A DNA stretch of 13,502 bases from Tubiluchus corallicola (GCA_030141605.1 JAQGDQ010002139.1:1-13502); one strand, 5' to 3'; positions 1 through 10,070 are shown, counted from the stretch's first letter. A program made the numbers and translations. The notes: a model not told the origin generated them from the sequence alone.

Positions 1-346
1 TAAAGTAAATAGTGTAAATTTAATGAGTGAAATTTATGTAATGTAAAGCATGTTTCTGTTAATTGTGTCATGTCAAATATACATATAGTTTAAAATATGT
101 CATGTAAATTTTAATATACTTTTGTAATATTGTTTTGTAAAAATATTTTAATATGGTGTTTGTAAATATGTTCATTTATTGTATACAATTAGGCCTTAGT
201 TTTGCACTTTAGTTTTTTTTTAGTCTGCACTGGACGCATTTGTCTTGAACAGTGTTGTTATTTTAAAATTACGCTGAGGATTACTCAATTTTATTATAAT
301 GAGTGAACCATTTTAATGACAAATAAAGAATTAATATATATATATA
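1..346 (+). mobile_element. possible 3' UTR/tail remnant of a non-LTR retrotransposon
   Basis: TG/T-rich tract, small hairpin ACTCA...TGAGT (283-304), AATAAA (322-327), then (TA)n. No coding part is visible, so the call rests on architecture only. Confidence 0.3.
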
Positions 347-897
347 TTCTGAGCGCCACGTTTCAATAAAGCGAAGCACATTAAACAGAGTCATGACGTC
401 ATAAAACATGGAAAAATTATGAGAAAAACAATCATTTGTTTACCAAACCGACAACTCTACTCCATATAGCATCTGTACAAGATCTCTAAGACAAGCTCAT
501 GACCGTAATACAATAAGCCTTTTTACAGTTCCAGCGATTGATGATGATCGTGAGAAGGTCAAAGGTCAAGTGTAAAAGACAATGCATTTGTGTACGCTTG
601 ACAACGCTTCGCAGCCTAAGCTGTTGTAATAGTAACAGTTTTAACAGCTAGCTAGAACCTTACCTAGTTCATTTTTACTTGTTCCCAAAAGCAAGATCCT
701 GCTAGTAAATCACTCTACGCACAAATTAGTGCATAATAATTAATAAATCCTTTCACAGAAACTGCATCTCCGGTACCCAGTGGTCAGATTTAGGCATCAC
801 TGGGTATCAAGTATCAAACTTGGCACCCAGCCAACATGTTAACTTATGTAATAATTGTTATATAATAATTAAACTGGTTGTTATGAAATTTGGAGAA

Positions 898-930
<33 letters not shown>

Positions 931-951
931 CACCACCACTACTACTATTAC
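898..951 (+). repeat. compound trinucleotide microsatellite (TAC)n(CAC)n(TAC)n
   Basis: Directly visible; explains the poly-Val run in ORF 844..1062. Confidence 0.95.
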
Positions 952-1834
952 GATTAAAAGCCCTTCTAGAAAACAAAATATTGTTGTCAACATCTTGTTC
1001 AAGAAAACGTTCTCTCGTTTATAGGTTGCGATTGAGTCGCACAGTTTAGCTCTGACACACAACTACTACAATATTTACCAAAATCACATTTACTTGAAGG
1101 CACAAGCGATAGATGGCAGCATCTTCAGTAGACGTTATGTGGTAACTTGTGCTGTGACTGATGAAGAATATAATCAGATAAAAATGTAAGAGTTAGGAAA
1201 ACATAGCGACTATAACAAATAGTGTGTCAATACGGCTTTACTGGTCTTTAGTCAAAGTTTATTTCATTTCATTTCTTTATTTAAATTAAAGGAAAACAAC
1301 ATGATTTTTCACATGCTACCTCAGTACACATTTCAAGAACAATAATACTGCAGAAGCGTTTCTGATAATTAAATAATAGAATAAAATCTTAATTATTGGC
1401 GGGCGAACCCAATTATTGATGACATCACAAACTAACATAATTTTCTATAGCAAAAATATTCCACGAGCGTGTTGCACGTGTTTGCGAAAGTGAAATTAAA
1501 GTTCAGTGCTGCTGTATGTGATTCAGTGTGTTGTATTAAAACTAGGCAAGTTTTAAGATAAAAATTCAAATTTCAAATTTACCGCTGTGCTCACGCATGA
1601 GCTGTTGAACGTGTGTAGTTCGTCACTAACTAGCTCATCTAAACTGAGAGGTACCGCACCTGTTTTTTGTGCGATGCGTTTCTGAAATGCAGGCGCTAGT
1701 GCCCGTTTAACTAACGAATGGTGAAATGCATGTAACAGCGAAGAACTAGTGACGCGAACGTGAAATTGTGTTTGTGTGGTAATAATTCTTTCACATGAGT
1801 CATTTTTAAAAAAAATAGTATGCTTCCTTTTCTG

Positions 1835-1959
1835 TATTTTAAAGAGCAGATTTGTTTGACCTGCAGTTTAAGATTGGGTCCGGTTTTGCTTTAAGTTGTA
1901 TTTGTTAAAGTACTTTAATTTCACTTACGTAATGTTTCAAAGTACATAAATAAATTGAA
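1835..1959. repeat. dispersed repeat, copy 1 (partner at 10446-10569)
   Basis: 1835-1881 matches 10446-10492 at 41/47 nt by hand alignment. Both continue with TTTGCTTT and end in TAAATTGAA at nearly the same distance. Confidence 0.8.
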
Positions 1960-2010
1960 CCAAGCCACGTGATCTGTGTGGAGTAATTAGCATCAGAAAT
2001 GGTTTGAAAC

Positions 2011-5000
2011 GTGTGATGTGACGACCTAAAGCCAGCTAGAATCTGACATGTGTCATGATGTATGAAAATGTGTGAATGTGACGACCTAAAGCCAGCTAGA
2101 ATCTGACATGTGTCATGATGTATGAAAATGTGTGGATGTGACGACCTAAAGCCAGCTAGAATCTGACATGTGTCATGATGTATGAAAATGTGTGAATGTG
2201 ACGACCTAAAGCCAGCTAGAATCTGACATGTGTCATGATGTATGAAAATGTGTGGATGTGACGACCTAAAGCCAGCTAGAATCTGACATGTGTCATGATG
2301 TATGAAAATGTGTGAATGTGACGACCTAAAGCCAGCTAGAATCTGACATGTGTCATTATGTATGAAAATGTGTGAATGTGACGACCTAAAGCCAGCTAGA
2401 ATCTGACATGTGTCATGATGTATGAAAATGTGTGAATGTGACGACCTAAAGCCAGCTAGAATCTGACATGTGTCATGATGTATGAAAATGTGTGGATGTG
2501 ACGACCTAAAGCCAGCTAGAATCTGACATGTGTCAGGATGTATGAAAATGTGTGGATGTGACGACCTAAAGCCAGCTAGAATCTGACATGTGTCATTATG
2601 TATGAAAATGTGTGAATGTGACGACCTAAAGCCAGCTAGAATCTGACATGTGTCATTATGTATGAAAATGTGTGAATGTGACGACCTAAAGCCAGCTAGA
2701 ATCTGACATGTGTCATGATGTATGAAAATGTGTGAATGTGACGACCTAAAACCAGCTAGAATCTGACATGTGTCATGATGTATGAAAATGTGTGAATGTG
2801 ACGACCTAAAGCCAGCTAGAATCTGACATGTGTCAGGATGTATGAAAATGTGTGAATGTGACGACCTAAAGCCAGCTAGAATCTGACATGTGTCAGGTAT
2901 GAAAATGTGTGGATGTGATGACCTAAAGCTAGCTAGAATCTGACATGTGTCAGGATGTAGAAAATGTGTGAATGTGGACGACCTAAAGTTAGCTAGAATC
3001 TGGACATGTGTCAGTGGATATGAAAATGTGGATGTGACGACCTGTTAGCTAGAATTGTGAGCATGTCAGGATGTATGAAAATGTGTGGATGTGACGACCT
3101 AAAGCCAGCTAGAATCTGACATGTGTCATTATGTATGAAAATGTGTGGATGTGACGACCTAAAGCTAGCTAGAATCTGACATGTGTCATGATGTATGAAA
3201 ATGTGTGGATGTGACGACCTAAAGCCAGCTAGAATATGACATGTGTCATGATGTATGAAAATGTGTGGATGTGACGACCTAAAGCTAGCTAGAATCTGAC
3301 ATGTGTCATTATGTATGAAAATGTGTGAATGTGACGACCTAAAGCCAGCTAGAATCTGACATGTGTCAGGATGTATGAAAATGTGTGGATGTGACGACCT
3401 AAAGCCAGCTAGAATCTGACATGTGTCATGATGTATGAAAATGTGTGGATGTGACGACCTAAAACTAGCTAGAATCTGACATGTGTCATGATGTATGAAA
3501 ATGTGTGGATGTGACGACCTAAAGCCAGCTAGAATTTGACATGTGTCATGATGTATGAAAATGTGTGGATGTGACGACCTAAAGCCAGCTAGAATCTGAC
3601 ATGTGTCAGGATGTATGAAAATGTGTGAATGTGACGACCTAAAGCCAGCTAGAATCTGACATGTGTCATGATGTATGAAAATGTGTGAATGTGACGACCT
3701 AAAGCCAGCTAGAATCTGACATGTGTCATTATGTATGAAAATGTGTGGATGTGACGACCTAAAGCCAGCTAGAATCTGACATGTGTCATGATGTATGAAA
3801 ATGTGTGGATGTGACGACCTAAAACTAGCTAGAATCTGACATGTGTCATGCGATGTATGAAAATGTGTGGATGTGACGACCTAAAGCCAGTTAGAATTTG
3901 ACATGTGTCATTATGTATGAAAATGTGTGGATGTGACGACCTAAAGCCAGCTAGAATCTGACATGTGTCATGATGTATGAAAATGTGTGGATGTGACGAC
4001 CTAAAGCCAGCTAGAATTTGACATGTGTCATGATGTATGAAAATGTGTGGATGTGACGACCTAAAGCCAGCTAGAATTTGACATGTGTCATGATGTATGA
4101 AAATGTGTGGATGTGACGACCTAAAGCCAGCTAGAATCTGACATGTGTCATTATGTATGAAAATGTGTGAATGTGACGACCTAAAGCCAGCTAGAATCTG
4201 ACATGTGTCATTATGTATGAAAATGTGTGGATGTGACGACCTAAAGCCAGCTAGAATCTGACATGTGTCATTATGTATGAAAATGTGTGGATGTGACGAC
4301 CTAAAACTAGCTAGAATCTGACATGTGTCATGATGTATGAAAATGTGTGAATGTGACGACCTAAAGCCAGCTAGAATCTGACATGTGTCATTATGTATGA
4401 AAATGTGTGGATGTGACGACCTAAAACTAGCTAGAATCTGACATGTGTCAGGATGTATGAAAATGTGTGAATGTGACGACCTAAAGCCAGCTAGAATCTG
4501 ACATGTGTCATTATGTATGAAAATGTGTGGATGTGACGACCTAAAGCCAGCTAGAATCTGACATGTGTCATGATGTATGAAAATGTGTGAATGTGACGAC
4601 CTAAAGCCAGCTAGAATCTGACATGTGTCATGATGTATGAAAATGTGTGAATGTGACGACCTAAAGCCAGCTAGAATCTGACATGTGTCATGATGTATGA
4701 AAATGTGTGGATGTGACGACCTAAAGCCAGCTAGAATCTGACATGTGTCAGGATGTATGAAAACGTGATGTGACGACCTAAAGCCAGCTAGAATCTGACA
4801 TGTGTCAGGATGTATGAAAATGTGTGGATGTGACGACCTAAAGCCAGCTAGAACTGCTGTGTCATATGTATGAAAATGTGTGAATGTGACGACCTAAAGC
4901 CAGCTAGAATCTGACATGTGTCATTATGTATGAAAATGTGGTGTGACGACCTAAAGCCAGCTAGAATCTGACATGTGTCATGATGTATGAAAATGTGTGG

Positions 5001-5305
5001 ATGTGACGACCTAAAGCCAGCTAGAATTTGACATGTGTCATGATGTATGAAAATGTGTGGATGTGACGACCTAAAGCCAGCTAGAATCTGACATGTGTCA
5101 TGATGTATGAAAATGTGTGGATGTGACGACCTAAAGCCAGCTAGAATCTGACATGTGTCATGATGTATGAAAATGTGTGAATGTGACGACCTAAAACTAG
5201 CTAGAATCTGACATGTGTCATGATGTATGAAAATGTGTGAATGTGACGACCTAAAGCCAGCTAGAATCTGACATGTGTCAGGATGTATGAAAATGTGTGG
5301 ATGTG
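2011..5305. repeat. 60-bp tandem array (minisatellite/satellite), ~55 copies
   Basis: Unit ATGTGACGACCTAAAGCCAGCTAGAATCTGACATGTGTCATGATGTATGAAAATGTGTG(A/G). Near-identical copies, with indels at ~2890-3070, ~3851, ~4760, ~4855 and ~4940. Confidence 0.99.
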
Positions 5306-5580
5306 TCAAAACGTTTTAAAGTATGTGTAGGTTCATATAACGCTTAATGTTTGGTAAGAGACATGATAACGCCCAAAAACGGTTTGCTTGGGAAAGTGTT
5401 ACAAGTTTAGGAACGCTTAAAATCGTTCCAACACGTTTATAAAGATGTGTGGAGCCGTGTGTTAGCATCTGAAAAAGTCAGACAGTGTGAAAAGCCTGAA
5501 TATGTTAGGAAATGTTAAAAGTTTGAAGAAACAAGAAGTTATTGTCAAGCCATGAAAATGATCTAAAGCAAAGGCTTATA

Positions 5581-6034
5581 GATGGATGGATGGATGGATG
5601 GATGGATGGATGGATGGATGGATGGATGGATGGATGGATGGATGGATGGATGGATGGATGGATGGATGGATGGATGGATGGATGGATGGATAGATGGATA
5701 GATGGATGGATGGATGGATGGATGGATGGATGGATGGATGGATGGATGGATGGATGGATGGATGGATGGATGAATGGATGGATGGATGGATGTGTATGGA
5801 TGGATGGATGGATGGATGGATAGATGGATGGATGGATGGATGGATAGATGGATGGATGGATGGATGGATGAATGTGAATGGATGTGAATGGATGGATGGA
5901 TGGATGGATGGATGGATGAATGTGAATGGATGTGAATGGATGTGAATGGATGGATGGATGGATGGATGAATGTGAATGGATGTGAATGGATGGATGGATG
6001 GATGGATGGATGGATGGATGGATGGATGGATGGA
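5581..6034. repeat. (GGAT)n microsatellite with AGAT and GAATGT variants
   Basis: Directly visible; generates the DGWM and HPSI repeat ORFs. Confidence 0.99.
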
Positions 6035-6149
6035 CGAGCGGGTGGGTGCGTGTGTGGTTGGTTAGATAAATAGATAGATGGAAATATAGAAACATGGATT
6101 TCATTATAGATGCTCTGTGAACTATGATACTTTTTACTATGATACCCGA

Positions 6150-6195
6150 TTTTGTTTGTGTAAAATAAACTTTAATTGAATTGAATTGAATTGAA
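6150..6195 (+). repeat. AATAAA followed by (AATTG)4; possible LINE/SINE 3' tail
   Basis: AATAAA at 6164-6169 and pentamer repeat at 6174-6195. Short tandem tails of this kind are typical of CR1/L2-group elements (inference). Confidence 0.45.
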
Positions 6196-6546
6196 ACTAT
6201 TTGATTATAAGCATAACTGTGTAACTTTAAACAAAAGAATAGAATCAATATTAGACGAAGTTTATCAAACATGAAGCCTTGTGAAATTATTCGAAGACAG
6301 AGTGGTGTAAAATTTGCCTTCACACGAAGCCGTGTAAATACGTGAAGTAATGTGAAAATACCTTTAGTGAATAAGAACTTATAGTTTTCTAATCTAAAAA
6401 TTCAAAATTCAACAACATCAGTATTTTTGTGTAGTCTAGAGACCTAAACTTTCATTCACGGATTTATAAATTCCTACTTACTATTTTAACTCTATTTCAG
6501 GTCACCAGGTGTCGCTGATAATATTGCCTGTCAGAGTTTTAAGAAG

Positions 6547-7471
6547 CAAAGTTTTGGTGCAGTCTAGTAAGTTAAGTCAAAGTTTTGGTACAGTCTAGTA
6601 AGTTAAACCAAAGTTATGGTACAGTCTAGTAAGTTAAGTCAAAATTTTGGTACAGTCTAGTAAGTTAAGCCAAAGTTTCGGTGCAGTCTAGTAAGTTAAG
6701 CCAAAGTTTTGGTACAGTTTAGTAAGTTAAGCGAAAGTTTTGGTACAGTCTAGTAAGTTAAGCCAAAGTTTTGGTACAGTTTAGTAAGTTAAGCCAAAAT
6801 TTTGGTACAGTCTAGTAAGTTAAGCCAAAATTTTGGTACAGTCTAGTAAGTTAAGCCAAAGTTTTGGTACAGTCTAGTAAGTTAAGCCAAAGTTTTGGTA
6901 CAGTCTAGTAAGTTAAGCCAAAGTTTTGGTACAGTCTAGTAAGTTAAGCCAAAGTTTTGGTACAGTGTAGTAAGTTAAGTCAAAGTTTTGGTACAGTCTA
7001 GTAAGTTAAGTCAAAGTTTTGGTACAGTCTAGTAAGTTAAGCCAAAGTTTTGGTACAGTCTAGTAAGTTAAGCCAAAGTTTTGGTACAGTCTAGTAAGTT
7101 AAGCCAAAGTTTTGGTTCAGTCCAGTAACTTAAGCCAAAATTTTGGTACAGTCTAGTAAGCTAAGCCAAAAAGTGTTGGTACAGCCTAGTAAGTTAAGGC
7201 AAAATGTTTTGGTACAGTCTGTAAGTTAAGCCAAAGTTTTCGTACAGTCTGTAAGTTAAACCAAAGTTATGGTACAGTCTAGTAAGTAAAGCCCAAGTTA
7301 TGGTACAGTCTAGTAAGCTAAGCCAAAAAGTGTTGGTACAGCCTAGTAAGTTAAGGCAAAATGTTTTGGTACAGTCTAATAAGTTAAGCCAAAGTTATGG
7401 TACAGTCTAGTAAGGTACGTTAAGTCAAAATTTTGGAACAGTCTAGTAAGTTTTGGTACAGTCTAGTAAGT
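6547..7471. repeat. 31-bp tandem array, ~30 copies
   Basis: Unit AAGTTAAGCCAAAGTTTTGGTACAGTCTAGT; more diverged toward the 3' end. Confidence 0.98.
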
Positions 7472-7563
7472 CATGACATCTACACCTTTTCCGGGGAGAA
7501 CAAGAATTTTTTCTAAAATGTGACGCCTCTCAACCTAGTCAGCCCAATGGTTAGAACGCCCCT

Positions 7564-7591
7564 TAACGTAACGTAACGTAACGTAACGTAA
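7564..7591. repeat. (TAACG)5 pentanucleotide repeat, possible retroposon tail
   Basis: Directly visible. Confidence 0.9.
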
Positions 7592-7646
7592 TGATTCAGG
7601 TTGTCAATAAACACGACTTAAATCGAATTGCTTTGCATTTTTCAAG

Positions 7647-7804
7647 GTGTTCAATTGGGCGGTTTCTGTCTATCAAGCAACGAATGTATGTTTTTTGATG
7701 ATGACGAGGTAAGATTCGGACGACTCTGTGACTCGAACTCCAACATTTGTGTATGCCGTCCGGGCGTTAGTAAAACTCAGCGCAATAAAGCTGACATCCC
7801 ATAG
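7647..7804 (+). CDS. candidate coding exon of a cysteine-rich (EB-module/EGF-like) protein
   Basis: Acceptor TTTGCATTTTTCAAG ends at 7646. Frame from 7649 reads VQLGGFCLSSNECMFFDDDEVRFGRLCDSNSNICVCRPGVSKTQRNKADIP* (TAG 7802-7804), with an LGxxCx5C...Cx6CxCxPG pattern. AATAAA at 7845-7850; alternative donor GTTAGT at 7766. Confidence 0.5.
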
Positions 7805-8862
7805 GAATAGATAATAGAGTTTGTTATACATGAGATATTTTACAAATAAAGGCACAGATATTATTTCATTTTAAACGAAGACCGGACGATTGTTTAGACT
7901 CAATCTCATTTTAATTTACTGTCCAAAATATACATTTTCTTGCCTATAAAAGTTAACAGTTGTTTCTTATATTTGAATAATTAGCTTAGAAAGTTAATTA
8001 ACTGTAACAGAAAACAGCTATTGCTTACGTCAGAAACTAACCACAGTTTGTGCAATGGCGGGCGTCTTTCCTTCGTATCAAGCACATTTGCATAGGTGTT
8101 ACAGTACTGTTTAAGGTCTGGTGTCACGAAAAATAGGCTGTACATCATATGACGTCAGAAACTAACACAGCAGTTCATGATCATGTTTGTCACGGTACCA
8201 CCTTCTATTTGTCGGCCACACGAATGTGACAAAAAGGCGCCGCTGACAATCTTACTAGATTCACTGAGCCGCGCGTAGCTTTGAAAGTTTAACGAAATTT
8301 GAGTATCCGAGGTAATTATTATTTTATCTAAGTTTTGATTTACAAAAAGCTATTGTAGCTTTCAACATTTTAGAGCATTTTTTATTCTGAACTAGTGTTT
8401 ACACAATCATCCGGTTTTCCTTTAAATATAATTTTATTACGCGGTTCGAATGAGAAAGTTTCAACAACTAATGCGCGGACACTCCCCGTTTAGTAAGTAC
8501 AACAACTTTTACTAACTTATATATACAAATATATATATAAACAATACTTACAAAGTTACTATACTTATCTAGTGTAAGTAGATACTAAAGCAAGTGATAA
8601 ATATTTAGATATTTAGGTTGTACACTAAACTTGTTTATGGCATAAACATGCATCTTGATTATGTAAATGAATTAATTCGATATTTAAAACATCTGTACAC
8701 AATCAAATATTTTACAATTTATGTACAAAACTTAGATTCTCATCTCCCTGGAGTAAGAAATTTATGATATTTCTCACAACCGAATTTGTAAATTCATAAT
8801 CATAATCAAACTAACAAGCTCTCAATTCTTAGTTCTCGCTCCATTTCATCTTTCATTCACTA

Positions 8863-9156
8863 ACCCCCCCCCCCCATTTTTATGTATATATTATCATTAC
8901 TTCAATTATTAATCATTTCTTTAAGATTTCCACGTACAGTTTGGCCTGTCAAGCTATGCTTTCAGGCTCAAACTGTATGCATCAAAATTACTCTGTAATG
9001 TAATTTGCACATGTATATGCTGCATAAGAATCTCTTTTGTAATTTCTGGATAATATTGCATTTATATTTATATTTACTTAAGTGAAATTATCTGTATTTT
9101 TATTATAACTGTTAGATGCAGAGTGGAAATAAATAAACTTATAACTTAAACTTAAA
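8863..9156 (+). mobile_element. probable 3' UTR and tail of a CR1/L2-group LINE
   Basis: Hairpin TTGGCCTG...CAGGCTCAA (8941-8971), T-rich tract, TGCATC/GATGCA complementarity (8978/9115), AATAAA, then an AAACTT-like tandem tail (9135-9156). No convincing ORF remains. Confidence 0.45.
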
Positions 9157-9262
9157 GCTCGTTAAACATATTATTACTTGGTATCATGCAGTTTGAACAA
9201 TTAGAAAAAAGGGTTCATATGTTTCAATAGAGGCAATGCAAGAACAGTAAGGTGATACTAGA

Positions 9263-9709
9263 TTTGATTTTTTATTTAATATTTTATTTCAAACTTTACA
9301 AAGTTCATATACACATCACAAATTAATACAAATAATACAATAAATCATGACACACAACAATAACACAAATAACAATTAACGATATAACAAACTACGCCAA
9401 TGACATCTAATTACAGAAGTAAAGTTTGCATCACTGTTTAAACTGTTCTTGCATATAAAATTTTCACTCTTATTCAGCCTGACGTGTAAACTGTATGCAC
9501 ACTTTCTGTGAATCACATCAAAATAAATAACATTAAGTCTAGTATAAATATATCTTGCGCTGGTATCATATGAAAAGTTAAACAGCTTCCGTGTTGATAC
9601 ATTATATGCAACCTTGAGTTTGCTAAGATTGTAAGAATGAAAATGTCTCCAAGTGGACATACAATAAAAAGTAGTGCAGTAAGCATTAAACAATTGTCTC
9701 TTCACGTTA
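9263..9709 (-). mobile_element. 5'-truncated non-LTR retrotransposon: ORF2 C-terminus (9376-9705) plus 3' UTR
   Basis: VKRQLFNAYCTTFYCMSTW...KLKVAYN...RKLF...FDVIHRK...SEN...SD...HWRSLLY resembles the post-RT C-terminus of invertebrate LINE ORF2 (clade uncertain, possibly RTEX-like). TG-rich UTR, hairpin AACTTT-GT-AAAGTT, AATAAA and A-rich tail. ACTAGA flanks both ends (9257-9262, 9710-9715). Confidence 0.8.
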
Positions 9710-9891
9710 ACTAGAGAACCATCATTATTTTTACAATTTTTAACTGACAGATCTTAAACTAGCTGACTAAATCCTATGCACAGATATTATATTATATGTT
9801 GCATATATAGTTATATAGGTATTATGTTGCATACTACAGCTATATATATATATATATATTTAATAAAATTGAATAAAATTTTACACCTAAG

Positions 9892-9980
9892 TATAATCCG
9901 TTTATAGCAAGGCATGTTATAACGAGACTCCGGTTAATACGAACAAATTTCAACTTTGAACTCGTTATAGGCGGATTATA
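9892..9980. mobile_element. small MITE-like element with ~20-bp imperfect terminal inverted repeats
   Basis: Left TATAATCCGTTTATAGCAAG vs reverse complement of right end TATAATCCGCCTATAACGAG (16/20). Internal third copy TTATAACGAG; TA-rich context. Confidence 0.65.
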
Positions 9981-10070
9981 TATATATACCTAATACCTAT
10001 ACCTAATATTTAATAGGCACTGTATAATACGTAATACAAGCCATGTGTGCACGTGAAAAAATTACTATAC

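Noticed and set aside
844-1062. 72-aa ORF with poly-Val, resembling a transmembrane segment
   Set aside because: The poly-Val is the reverse translation of the TAC/CAC microsatellite, and the start is not ATG.
1158-1200. CTGATGA as a second hammerhead core
   Set aside because: No stem II followed by a correctly placed GAAA.
1618-1759. Inverted repeat CGTCACTA/TAGTGACG as MITE ends
   Set aside because: Only 8 perfect bp and no target duplication; compatible with chance.
2011-5305. CRISPR array interpretation of the tandem arrays (also 6547-7471 and 11550-12750)
   Set aside because: No unique spacers between repeats, no cas genes, and a eukaryotic context.
4848-5309. His-rich 20-aa repeat protein (HIFIHHDTCQILAGFRSSHP)
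   Set aside because: One open frame of the 60-bp satellite; frameshifting indels are scattered through the array and there is no ATG start.
2011-6034. Helentron/HINE-type element (tandem core plus microsatellite)
   Set aside because: The microsatellite is ~275 bp from the array, and I could not identify subterminal inverted repeats or a 3' stem-loop.
5505-6323. ORFs with HPSI/DGWM repeats on both strands
   Set aside because: Translation of the (GGAT)n microsatellite.
7673-7855. 60-aa minus-strand ORF
   Set aside because: No recognisable motif; it lies antisense to the better-supported Cys-rich exon.
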